A DNA stretch of 63,785 nt, the filler included, from Bipalium vagum (lineage: Eukaryota), in NCBI GenBank assembly GCA_037834085.1. It is 3 parts of 3 records of this genome, joined end to end, with 100 filler letters (N's around TTAATTAATTAA, not from the genome) between each part and the next. Parts side by side here need not be neighbours in the genome. Positions count along the whole stretch, not along the records: positions 1 to 27,078 come from JBBMKC010107861.1; positions 27,179 to 46,995 come from JBBMKC010263860.1; 1 more part is not named here. One strand, 5' to 3'. Position 1 is the first letter of the stretch. Every line of letters starts with the position of its first letter. A program made the position numbers and the translations under genes. Positions 21,331 to 34,200 of this stretch are shown one piece after another. Below the pieces are notes generated by a model. That model saw only the letters and a program-made list of their open reading frames with translations. It had not been told where the DNA came from and made no database searches.

Positions 21331-24002
21331 TCGTGCTTTTACAAATTGTATTGAAGTTTTAAAAAATCAGTTTCTTTTAAATTTCTATGTAAAACAAAAT
21401 TTCATTTTAGAAACATTTGATACTTAATCATTTAATTTCGAATAAAATTTAGAAATTTTTAAAGATAAGTATTTTATTTTTATATTGTTTTCCAGATTAA
21501 TTAGCTGCGATTTTTGCATGGATTGTAAACAATTAATTAATTAATCTTTCAGAAAACATAATATAGTCTGGATTATGGCAATATGCATTTTGAAAAATTG
21601 AAAAAAACAAAATTTCCATAAAATAAAAGCTCAAATTAAAAATACAATAATTTATCTTTTTTATTTTTCATGATTATACAAAGAGAACTAGTCTTTTCTA
21701 AACAATTCTTATTGAAAGAGCACTTTTTGACCTTAATTTTTGGGTAAAAGTGAAAGGAAGAAAAGTTGGGGTGCAAAAGTTATTCACTTTTTGTTATGAA
21801 GAGAAATCAGAAGAAAGAAAGTCATTAATTTTTCATACCATATAAAATATAAATGAAAAAATATCGATTTTGGTAAATATATACCAATCAAAACGGCTCT
21901 GCATCTCATATAAAAATATGTGAACTATTATTTCATTATTTCAGAAAATTAGAAAGCGCTCTCAAGGAAGGACGAAAAAGAGACTCCAGTAAAATTGCCA
22001 GTCGCCAGCACCACTCTCCTTATGACCCTTTCCAGTTTCAGCATTCTAATCTTCATCGGACCGCCGTCTCCGTCTCTAATAATCAGTCTTAAATTAAATG
22101 ACACTGACAAAGAAAGCAAAAACTATAGTAATACATTACAATCGATATAAATTCGATAGATGCGAGCTGTAAAAATTCGGTTTTTGTTACTATCTGAAAT
22201 CATGAGAAAAGAAATATGACGGACCAGTACCGCATTTCAGAATTGATAATCTGAACAATCTTTCCTCTTTAGGCTAAGGTAAATTTGGAAACATTTATAT
22301 TCAAATTTCTTTTCCAACAGAATTCCAGAATAATGATAATGATAGTGGTATTAATAATCGATAATGATAATATCAATGATTGATATTAATAATGATAATC
22401 AGATAATTCATGTAAATTTTAATATTGAGAATGATTATTATTGGTTTTTTTGGTTCTAGTAAGAAAATTTTATTATATATAATGTTTTAGGATTAAGTTC
22501 CTAAAAATTGAATTGACATTTCCTATTAAGAATAGTGGTCTACGACTGAGTACTTACCTTATCAATATAAAAGGCACTGGAATCATCAATGGACTGCCTC
22601 AAAAAGAAATTAGTAAAATTTGTATTTTAATTGATTTTTTTCGGAAAAAATTGATTCATTTTTCTAAACGTTAGAAGAAAACTATTGAGAAATTTTTATT
22701 TGATGAAAATTTTATTATTATTATATTTATGCCCATTTAAATAAGAGTATACCCTAGGACCCATCGTCTTCTAAAACTATGAGATCTCAACTTTGTTTTT
22801 ATTTTCTTTGTAAATAAACATTGAACTTATTGATTATATTAATTAAATTTGATCCGACTACCTTGATCTGATTATTTTAATTTTCAATATATTTTGGACG
22901 ATTTATTGATTTTGTAGTTTTATGTAATTTAGTGAGATTGATTTATTTTGTGATCATCATTATGTACTTTTGTTGATAAAATTAAGTTTTTTTGGTCATT
23001 TTGATTCAATTATTTCCGAACACGTTGACAACAGTAAAAGGATCAGTAAATTTACGAAATGGTTTCATAGTAATGAAAAGGGTAACAATTATAATAATTT
23101 GTTTAACTTTCTAAGTGTTCCTTCACCCAGCATTTCAATATACTAAAGGTCGTTTTGGCTTAGGTACAAACAAAATGAGTTCAAAAAGGCAAGTCAATTT
23201 ATTGTCTTTTAGGCAGAAGAAAGTTACTTGACTTAATTCGGACATGAACCCTTTCCAAGCCCAACAATTTCAATATGCTCTAATTATGTCAAAAAAATAT
23301 TAACTTAATTTTTTTCAGTATTGAATTCCGTTCAAATTTAAGTTCTACCATTAAAAATATCTATGGGATAAATTCATAAAAATGGTCAAATTATGTGAAT
23401 TTAATTTAAGCAAAAAGATATATTTTAATACTTAAGATATGAAAACTATCAGTCTTCAATATTTTTAAAAAGAAAACAAATAACATTTATGTCGATTCCA
23501 GAACATGACATAATGGTAAGAAACAAAATTTAGACTGAATATTATAAATTACAGCATGACCAAATTAGAAAATGAGCATATATAAAAATGAAGGGCCTTG
23601 AAATATAAAGATCCATGTCACTCTAAACGCGGGTATTGCACAAACCAACAGATAAATGTAGCACGTTATTATCGCAATATTTAATATTAAATGTTTTCAT
23701 TGAAATGTACATGTTTCAATGTTACTACAAATGGACAATAAATTATCTAGACATTTTTCTATATGTATATATAAAACATCATTTAAAATGAAATGCCCCA
23801 ATACACCACCCAAACTAAATTATCCGAAGTGAAATCAATTTCATAAACAAATTAAATTACAGAAAACACCATAGACAAATGAAATGGGAATTTTCTAAAT
23901 TTTGATTGACATTGATAATATTATAATATAATAAAAATATTTTATAAATGCCAATTGTAGTATCAGATACAAGACTGGTAGCGATTGAGAATGTGAGCTC
24001 CT

Positions 24003-25883
24003 TTAAATGTTCTTTGACAGAGTCCATGTTTCGTCTTCGTCAGTTTTTGTCAAAGGGGAAATGGGTGCATAGTCTCCATTGGGAACGGTGCTTTGAACAA
24101 AGGAAAATGAAGACTTTGGTGTGCTCATTATATTGAAAGTATCTCCAGACCAAGAAACGGGGTTTTTCAAAGAACTGTTCTGCATTTCGTTGGCGACAGA
24201 GGTCAGTTGTTGGTTATAATCCATGTTGTTATCAGACTGGCTAGTATTATTCGCATCTAAATGAAATATTTATTTTAAGTCAGAATCCATGGCATTTAAA
24301 ATAAAAATATATTGATAAAATTATAATCGATAATTCATAGATTGGAAAATATGTAAAACCATACACATATTAAAATAATTTTCTGTTGGGGGCTTTGTTT
24401 GATTTCCTGGTGGCTGCTGGACAGGCTGACCAGTGTATCGGAAATATGGATTCTTCAAGTCTAGACTGTTGGAAACTTTACAAGACGTACCAGGCAAAGA
24501 AAGCTCAATATCTACATCATACGACTGCCTTCGGTTTGCATTCATTGTCATTCTTCCTAGAACATTTTGGCCTTCATACACAAACAGTGGCGTGACAAAC
24601 AGACACCGGACTTGGTACCAATGAGTCAAAGGTTCTGTTGGTGCTGTGGACAGCCAAACTTCTTTCATAGTTCCCAGAAATCCAACATCAAACCAAATAG
24701 CCAGACCATGACAACAACCAGTTTGGTGAAAAACGAATTTCAGTGGAATATCAATGGAGTACAATTCCTCTTCTTCAACCGTTCGGAAGTCCACACGGTG
24801 TGTTATTGGCGGTGACATACAAATTCCAATATCAAATGTATCTACAATGGGCTGACTAAAGTTTTCTTTATTTGCTGCTTCGCGAACACTCGACAAATCA
24901 ACTCCATGAAATGCTTGTTGATACCAGAAGTTGGCTTTACTTGCTTGTTCCATGTACAGCAATTCATCCGAAAAAGGTGCGATGTATAAATTCGCAACAG
25001 TCGGGTACATTGAAAAAGAAGAACTGGGTCTCAAGAACTTTCTGGCATGAACATAGGTTTCCAACATTCGTTCGTTGAACAACATATAGCCCATCGGTTC
25101 AGAAATTAGAATATCTATCGGTTCTGGTATTGTTATTTCCTCTATTTTTCCGCTAACCACTATTATTTTTCCAGCTAGTTTATTGTTTTGAACAAGTTGG
25201 TCGCAAAATTTTGCCATATTGCTGGCCTCAACCGCGTAAACTTTTTTAGCCCCTGCCTGGGTAGCGAAGAAACTTAAAATTCCCGAACCAGCTCCGACAT
25301 CCAAAACGACTTTGTTTTGAAAATCTATACAGTTGGACAGAACAGCCCTTTGGTAAGTTGCCGTTCTTACATAATCTTGCATCATATTTTGCTGTTGACT
25401 TAAATAACTGTAAAATTGAAAATATTGTGTTGCTGACCATTTTTCGGTTCTATTATCAAACTGACTTGAGGATTCCTTTTTATCTTTATTAATTAATTTG
25501 TTGTTGGTTTGAGTGTTCATTTTAAAATGATTCAATCGCTTCAACATCGACGTCAAATCATTTTCCTTGTGAAATTCTAATAAAAAAGACGATATGTCAC
25601 AATTACTAATTCTTCGCATCTCCGTGTCAATCATAACTTGGTTTGAAGACATTTTCCATGAATTTAATTTACTCAAATTTAACCTAACATTTACTGTGTC
25701 ACCTGTTCTGAATTATTTATTAAAATTATTAATAATTTACAAATGTTACTTATTTGAAATATACAGGATAAACTCGGTTGGAGAAATCTCAATTTTAAGA
25801 TTCATATTTTCAATTATGAGATCAAAACATTTAGAAATTTCATTGTACCTCAGCAAAGATATATTTTCAAAACACGAGGCCAT
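24003..25883 (-). CDS. CARM1: Histone-arginine methyltransferase CARM1/PRMT4, about 576 aa; exons 25883-25750, 25707-24365, 24256-24003
   Basis: PRMT4-diagnostic motifs [70 protein letters not shown] and [14 protein letters not shown] introns are 42 and 108 nt; 1731 nt in frame. Confidence 0.97.
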
Positions 25884-26324
25884 TCTTAACAAAAATGGAA
25901 ACTTTGAATTGGAAATTAAAAATTGGCTTATTAAAATAAACTTTAATTAAAACTATTTAAAAGATAATAATAATTTAATTATTTAAGAAACATTTAATTT
26001 TATGTAAATTTTGAGTTATAATTAAAATGAAAATAATTAGAAATTGTGATCTAAACATAACACTGAAATGTTATATTTGGATTATAAAGTAAAATATTTA
26101 ATGTTTTGAATTAATTAATTGAGTAAGCATAGGTGAAATATTTTGAAAATATTCAAATTTTTGTATATTCTTTAGTTAATTTTAATCAAGTTTCATTGCT
26201 TTGATTTAGAATTCTTTAGTCTTTCATAATTTTAAATTATAAATAATATTCTTATGTATAATTCTAGGTATCTATTTTATTTAGATATAAATATTTATAG
26301 AAATTTTTATTGTGTAGATACACA

Positions 26325-26410
26325 ACCCCGATGACCCACGGGTAGATGATGTTAAGCCAATGACTCCATACTGGCTATTGAGTCGAGGTGATAGAGCTCC
26401 CCTATAGACC
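26325..26410 (+). mobile_element. Possible BEL/Pao LTR-retrotransposon integrase-tail fragment
   Basis: Short GC-rich island reading NPDDPRVDDVKPMTPYWLL, similar to Pao DPxDxxPLTPxHFL. Confidence 0.3.
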
Positions 26411-27078
26411 TTGTTAGTGAAAATTAATATATCTCACAGACCTGATTGTCGCACCTAGAATAAATAGAATGCCTACTTAACAACGAAGTGTGACTGGAAT
26501 TCAAGCTATCGTTATTTTTAATTTCTAATTTTGAACGAGGTTAGTGTAAAGACCAACCTGGATCAAGTCATTCCGTTACAATCAAATTAAAGTCAACACT
26601 TCTGCTACTTCACAGTTTTCTAATTACAATATGAATTCATCACGTAAGCCAATCATTATCCATTTGTTTTCCCTAATCTTAAAATCCACTGCCAAAATAA
26701 GTCCTTATATACAATTTTACAGATGCCTTGATTTATTAATCATTGTTAATTATGACAGATTTTTGAAGATCATATCAGGATGCAGTTGAACAAGGAGAAT
26801 CTAGAAACATTTAAACATTCGTTTAAAATTATATTTGTGTTGTAGAGTGTTGGATCAATAATTCCAACTGTTAAGATCCTAAGTTGATAGTCAAAAGGAT
26901 GTCAAAGGTCGGAGCGTGAATATGACTTAGGTCTCAACGGTTGAAGGTTGCTTTAGGTCGTGTTCGTCTTTAATTAAATACACTGAGAAAACGATTTTCG
27001 AGTTAATACTTTTATTTGAATCGATATCACAATTAAATACAATGAATGAGACAATTCTGACCGATTTTCTTTTTGCTT

Positions 27079-27178
27079 NNNNNNNNNNNNNNNNNNNNNN
27101 NNNNNNNNNNNNNNNNNNNNNNTTAATTAATTAANNNNNNNNNNNNNNNNNNNNNNNNNNNNNNNNNNNNNNNNNNNN
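27079..27178. other. Artificial assembly spacer (44 N + TTAATTAATTAA + 44 N)
   Basis: Exactly 100 nt with a six-frame-stop linker, identical to 46996-47095. Confidence 0.98.
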
Positions 27179-27726
27179 ATTTCGTATTACTTGTTTGATA
27201 TTTCTTATTATTGAAGATTGATTAGTCATACTTGTTACATTTGTGAGAATTTGACTTAATATTTGATTGTGATAAGGATTGTTATTCCATAAAGCTTTGT
27301 CGTTCGAATTGATTTTTGTAACACCAACTAATAAATGGTCAGATTAAATGGGCATTTCAGTTTTAGCCTAAAAGATTAAGTAATAATATTAATATTAATA
27401 GGAATATTAATAATAAGGAAAGAAGTAGATTCAGAAGAATGTAGATATCAGTTTTTAATTATAAAACTGATTAATTGGGAAGAATACAGTTAATTTACTT
27501 GATAATCTAAATTTCTCAAGATCAAGAAGATTATTCTGGACTACCAAAGAATCTCTTTAAAAAATCTATCTTTAGCATTTAATAATATATTTTATCTACA
27601 AAAGTTTAAATAAGAAAATAAATTCAGAAATCCATCCTCTCAGAGAAAAAGAGATTTTTCAATAAGTATAAATGGGAAATAAACTTTGTTAAGATATTAT
27701 ACTTTGAAATTTTTATTTAATTTCAG

Positions 27727-30700
27727 ATTATCCAGTTTGCTTCTAAACTTCAAAGACTGAAAAGAAGAAAATTTTCCAAATTATCCGGCACCAGTTCCGA
27801 TGACAGTTCATCCTGTGATAGTTTTGGGTTTCGGAGAGCTAGCAGACATAAAAGTGGAAATGCTGGCTTTTCCTCTGGTTCCAGTACAAATGGAATGACG
27901 TCTTCAGAAGCAGATTACACTTCTAGCAGTGAACAATCATGCGATACTGTAATTTATCTGGGAGCATCTCGCAATAAGATTGGCGATGAACAGTCGTCCT
28001 TCCTTTTGAGAAAGAGGCGAATAACAACATCTGGTTTCACAAATACCATACTTGAAAAATGTGGATCAGAATCTGTAAGATATAATATTGTATTTTATTA
28101 TATTTTTATGTAAATTTCTGAAATAAACGTTTAAGTATAAAAAGGTGAAAGCCTTTTGGTATTTTAATTAACGATTTTTGTTTTTGGATTATTTTTAGAT
28201 TTGTTTTGAAATTCGAAGGTTATTCTTTTTCTTTTGAATCTGACAAAGTATAAAAAACTATTGTTTACAAAAATAAAATTATTTATAATGTTTCAGTGTT
28301 TCTTTTCATGTAAATACTTTTTCGAATTCGTAATACCCCCTATTCTGAAGAGTTTATCATAGGTCAACTTTAAAAACATTTCATAACCTTAACTGACTTT
28401 TTAAGATCTTGTGAACGGGTTTCAAACCAATTATCAAATTTGGTTGAATGGTCTTTTGCATATTCTGTTTATAATAAAAAATATTATTAATTTTGGTATC
28501 AGCCATTGCGAAATTTTGATCTGTGTTTTTATTTTTTAATTGCAATAAGTTTTTTTATTTTTAAAGAATAATATTTTTCCTTTAATATAATAAGGAAAAA
28601 TAAATATTTTTTATTTTCTATATTTTTAATGTTATTATTAGTATTTGTAAATAAAATAAACATATACGATAAATCACGCATTTCACATTTTTTGATAATT
28701 ATATTTTATTGAATTATATAAGAGATGAATATGAAAGAAATGTGTGAAATTATCATAAACACGTGCAGAAATCTGGGATAAATATTTACAAAACAAAAGT
28801 TAGACTTACGTGTATATAAGAAAAAATTATAATAATTTTAGTTTATGAAATAAAATTAAAAATAAATGTTTAAAATTATAGTATGACTTTAAAAATTATT
28901 TTCTAGAATTATTTTCTATTCTATTCTTTATTTTAATTAGTGTTAATTTAATCAAAATGTATTAAAAACACTTTTAATTAACTTTGTACACATTGTGTTT
29001 GAGATAAATTGGGAATACTTTAAATGTTGAATTAAACATCGTATTTTTAAAAAATTAATCTAATTTTCATTTGTTTAACTAAGCTAATTTATTGATTATA
29101 TCAATTATAGAAAAAAAAATTTTATAATTTTAAAAATTACTTCAGAATATGATGGAGAGCATTAGTATTAGAATTACTTTGCTCCGGAAAATGTCAAAAC
29201 AAATTATAATTGAATATTTTAGCTATAGCAAACCAACAGTTTACAGCAGCGCTAAAAGGTCTAAGGAGGATGATGATGAAAATAATAAAAATTCAGAAAT
29301 AAAAACTAACATCAAACGTTATGAATCCAAATTGAATAAAAAAAGATTAACGTGGTTAATTAAAACACTATGGCTAAACATACAAACGAAATGAACATAC
29401 TCGTTTCAATAGCTAGTGTAGTAATATGACAGTGTATATTGCAAAAATCTCTTGCCTTCCTATGAAGACTTTTTAAAAAATAGTTCGAGCCTTAGCTTAG
29501 GACATATACTATAACTCATACTTGAAGCATGATATAGTAATAGATTTTTAAAGTTCTTCTCTGATGAGAGATATTTGGTAGAAGATAGGAAACCAATCGG
29601 AAAAAATGTTCGCTTGATCTAATAGCCTGCTTTTGATGTCTGGCGACCATGCATTCTAAGTTTCCAGTATGTGTTGGTGGTCATATCAAGTAAAAGTAAC
29701 GTTATGTGCATTTTTTTTTGAGAAAAGACATTTCAGTCAAAGCAACGAGATATAGTAACATACTTATGACGGTTACGAACCATTGGATCAACAAGGTAGT
29801 GAGAATATGGTGAAAATGCGTCAACATGTCCCGGCGCACACGGACCTTACCATAGCTCTTTCATGGGTCTCCAACCGTTGTAACTTCACTTTATTTGGGC
29901 AGGCCACTTGGACTAAAATGCGGAAGGCCTGCAAAGCATTGAAGTTGTATAAAAGTGCATTGGCAGCTGTCGACCACAATGGGGACAGAGATCAATTTAA
30001 TCTCGATGGTGCACAGAGTGATTTGTCCCGACCCCTAGCATGCATTGATTTTCATATTTAGTGTCTTTTGGGACTTGAGGATCCGTCATACTGCCATCAT
30101 CTATAGACTAAGGGAATATGACATTTACTCATTGTACATAATTGTCTCGATTGCTGTACTTGATACAGATGTATGTGTATATGATAAATAAAACTTATTT
30201 ATAATTTTATCATGTAATGGAGATCACATTGAATAATCTTATTCTGAGCACTATCATATTATACATACAATTTTTTATTTAAACAGCTACTAGATCGTTC
30301 TATTTATATTTTTTTATTTTTTTTTGTTTTACAAGGATTCTCGATTTTTCTCAAACACTCTCTTATAAAATATTAATGAATATTCTATTTATAAATTTCT
30401 AGTAATTATATTGTTATGTTATATATTTATTTTCTCAGCTCTACCAGGTTAGGTTTTAAATATTTTATTTATATCTCTTATTAAATTTATAATAAATACC
30501 GTAACAATGTGTTTAATATTAATTGGGTATAATAAAAATAATAATTTTTATCGTTTACCAAAAAGTTTCATTTATTATTATGTTAATTCTAAATATCCAA
30601 ATATATATTTTCCGATTTTTTTTACTTAAATTCTTTTTATTTATATTTTTTGTATTATTTTGCTTGAAATGATTTTCTGTTTACTAAATTTATGATTATG

Positions 30701-31195
30701 AATATTATATATTTTACCCACGAAAGATATAATTACACTTGAGTAATTACATTTTAATTCAGAAAAATTCATTTGAAAAATCCATCACATATTACAGAAA
30801 CCGTAACAATTTTATTTTATTTTTCTCATTTTTTTATAATATTAGCTTTGCTTTTCAAGATTAATAATAATAGTAAAACTAATTTCTTTTTGTGTTTAAT
30901 TTTCTATTTTTGTACTGATATTTGATTCAACTTCTAACAAAATATATAATTTGTTTTTTATTTATATTATTGAGTTTCTGATTTCACAAATATCATATTT
31001 GAGTCTTTTAAGAAGACATTTTTAATTAATTCAGACTTTTATCTTATGTAAAATATTAACTTTCCAGATATTCTTCAAGTCTAGCAACAAAGTAAAATTT
31101 TATAAAGAAATTCATTTCAATTGCTGCTTAATTTATAAAGATAGATATACATATACTATTGGTACAAAAAATAATATTAATAAAGTTATCAATCA

Positions 31196-31258
<63 letters not shown>

Positions 31259-34200
31259 TTTATTTTTATTGTTATTATTCATTTTCTTAAGCTATTATTA
31301 ACGAGGATTTATTTATAGTTCTTTGAAGTTTCGATCCTTATAATTTTATATTTTTGTATTATTACAATTAAATTAAATATTTACTTTTTTAATGTTAATT
31401 GATGTGTTATGTTTCGAACAATCAAGCTGCTTTTTCTTTCTATAAGAGGCGTGCTTAGAATATATTTCACATATCATTTTCATTTCTTTTGAGCTTTATA
31501 ATTGCCGGATATTCTGAATAATTGTTTCCAAATCAAAGATAAATCCAACAAAAATAATATTCTTCTGAAATTGCTGACTCGTGCAAAATAAATCCTCTCT
31601 CAATATGTTATAGATATAATTCTGTAAAAGCAATCAACCAAAGAATTAGAAAGCAATTTCTTAAATTTTGTAATTTTTTATTGATTTTGTTCAAGCCTGT
31701 GTTAATGAGTTTTTTTGTATTAAAAAAATTACAAAATTTAATAAATATTCTCAAACATGGTCTTCATCAAACAAGCTTTCGATTGTACACAGAATAATTT
31801 ATATTTTTTCTAAAAATTAAATTATAATTTTTTTCATTTTTTTATTATTTCTATAATTTGATAAAACTGTGAAATGATTTTTTATATTAATTTTTATAAC
31901 TTTTTTCGAAACTGTTTTACATATTATAGTGGTTGGCTGCCATCTTCAATTAACGTAATTTTATTTAATTTATATTTTTTTAATTTATATTTTGAATTTC
32001 TCTTTGATGTTGTATCTTTATAACTTTCCAGACTCTAAAATGTAATAATAATATCTTATAATAGTTAATGACAAGCCCTTGAAATATAAACAAAAAACAA
32101 CATCAATATCAATAATGATAATTTATTAACACTAATTAAAAAGTTAATAAATAAAAATAAAATTATTTATCATAAAAAAGTAAGTTACTAAAAATAGTAA
32201 CAGAGGTTTATAAATCATCACCATAAACCCAACGACAAAATCCCGTAACAGAATACGACGATTAGTCAACATTCCACACAGAAGATATAAGAATTACAAA
32301 ACCACTCCAATTAGATTTTAATTAATAAGTGAATTTTCCTATTAATAATCATCAATAACCTACCATAAATAGTATTATTTATCAGGGGTTTTTGGCTATT
32401 TGTGATCTATAAACTCTTAAATTTTAGATCAATTTAACAATAATAAATTATTGATAGCGCCTTAATGTTTAAGTTTAGTAGAAAAATCTTTCTACTGGAA
32501 ATAAATAAATACTTAAGAGGTTCTGTTTTTGTCTATTTGAAGATCATCTGAAATTCTATCTTTTTCCAAACTCAGAATCTAAACACTATTTGGTAAAGAT
32601 TCTTAGATTGCCTATAGATTTCACTAGACTACAATTAGCTGTTAAGGTTTCTATTTTTTAATTAAAATAAAATATAGAATTATAAATATGAAGAGTTTGG
32701 AAGCAATCTCATTTGTCATATCAATCGCTTCATTTTATTTTATTCAATACAAATTTACTTTAGTAAGCGGCAACCTCTTTCTTTCATTTATTTTAATTAA
32801 TTGGGTTCTTTTTGTTGAGTTGATGATAGTAGGTTGTACTACCCTTACTTTTGATTAATTAACCCAACAAAAATAATATATTTACTTTTATATATAAGTT
32901 TGAAACTTTTAAAATTTTAATTACTTTAATTCTTATTAATTTTCGTCATTTTTTAAAGTATTGTTGTTTTAATTTTATGTCTTGAATCGAGTTTTCAAAT
33001 TAATGTTATAACATTTTTGTACAATTTTAATTTCTTATTAAATGAAAATAATTTATTGTCTAATAAATTATAATTAATAATAATAATAATATTATGATTT
33101 TTAAATTTATTTTGAACAAAATTAATTAATAAAATTGAGTTTTAAATAACCACCTACAGATAATATAAAGATTATTTTTCTTAGCGTTTTTCAAAGCTTA
33201 ATCTATTTTCTTTCTCTTGTAAAATTGGACTTTAATAAAACTGAAGGATTATAAATAATTATTTTTATCCAAAATAAATAAAATCATAAATCTTTGAAAA
33301 GCTCCAAAATTCATCTTATAAAAAGTAGTCTGTACTTTTATGAATTTAAAACATTTTATTTATGTAATTATTACTTGTTTTAATAAACTGAATGAATATT
33401 TTATTTTTCTCTAATAAATTTCATTATTTAGTTATTTATTATTTAATTTTTCAGGATTTACATAAACTTGACATATCAAAAAATCGTATCACTTCTCATA
33501 ACCATTTCAAAGCTTCTGTGAGAACAAATGCTTTAGTATGGCCAAAGGTTGCTGCTAAAAACGCTGTGGAAACATTAAGTACTCAAAAAGAGATGTGGGT
33601 TGATGGACCTATGGTTTCAAACAAGAACAAAAATCAATCTTCAGAATTTTGTGGAAATGCATCCAAATTTTCTAATACGGTAGATAAGAATTTGTTTCAA
33701 GAAATTCATGTTTATTTAATTCAATTTGTTTTCCTTTCAAGATTATAAATTATTTTTTTTTATTATTATTATTATACATATTTTATTAAAACAAAATACT
33801 GTAAGAATATTATAACTGTAAAACGACTTTCCTATTTTATTTATAAAATATTTTATGATTCCCTAAATGAATTTTTATTTTTAAAAAATTTCATTTGGCA
33901 ATAAGATTACTAAGGTTTCATTTGGTTTTATTTTTATTTTTTGATGGAATAAAATTAATTATTCCGCGAAAATCTTTTAAGAAAATAACACTGACTAAAT
34001 GATGTATATTCTCAATCGATTTTCACGATTATTTTTAATCTAACGATCTACATTTGTTAATCTATACAATACTCAACAGACGAATTTTATTAAAATATGA
34101 TCAAGTTATAAAGTAATAGATCATTTAACGAACTCACCAAATACTCAAATTTATCATTCTTTGCCATTTGTCAATGAATCTTTTTTCTAAATTTAAACAA

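Noticed and set aside
24386-25078. Plus-strand ORFs overlapping CARM1 (likewise 58679-59030 antisense to PMCA and 15724-16447 antisense to the mariner)
   Set aside because: Antisense shadows of real coding sequence.
19306-25883. CARM1-REXO4 as a trans-spliced operon
   Set aside because: Same strand, but about 3.5 kb apart with transposon relics in between; no evidence for polycistronic organisation.
27123-27134. TTAATTAATTAA palindrome between N runs (also 47040-47051) as a biological motif
   Set aside because: It is a standard six-frame-stop contig linker in an exact 100-nt spacer, so an assembly artefact.
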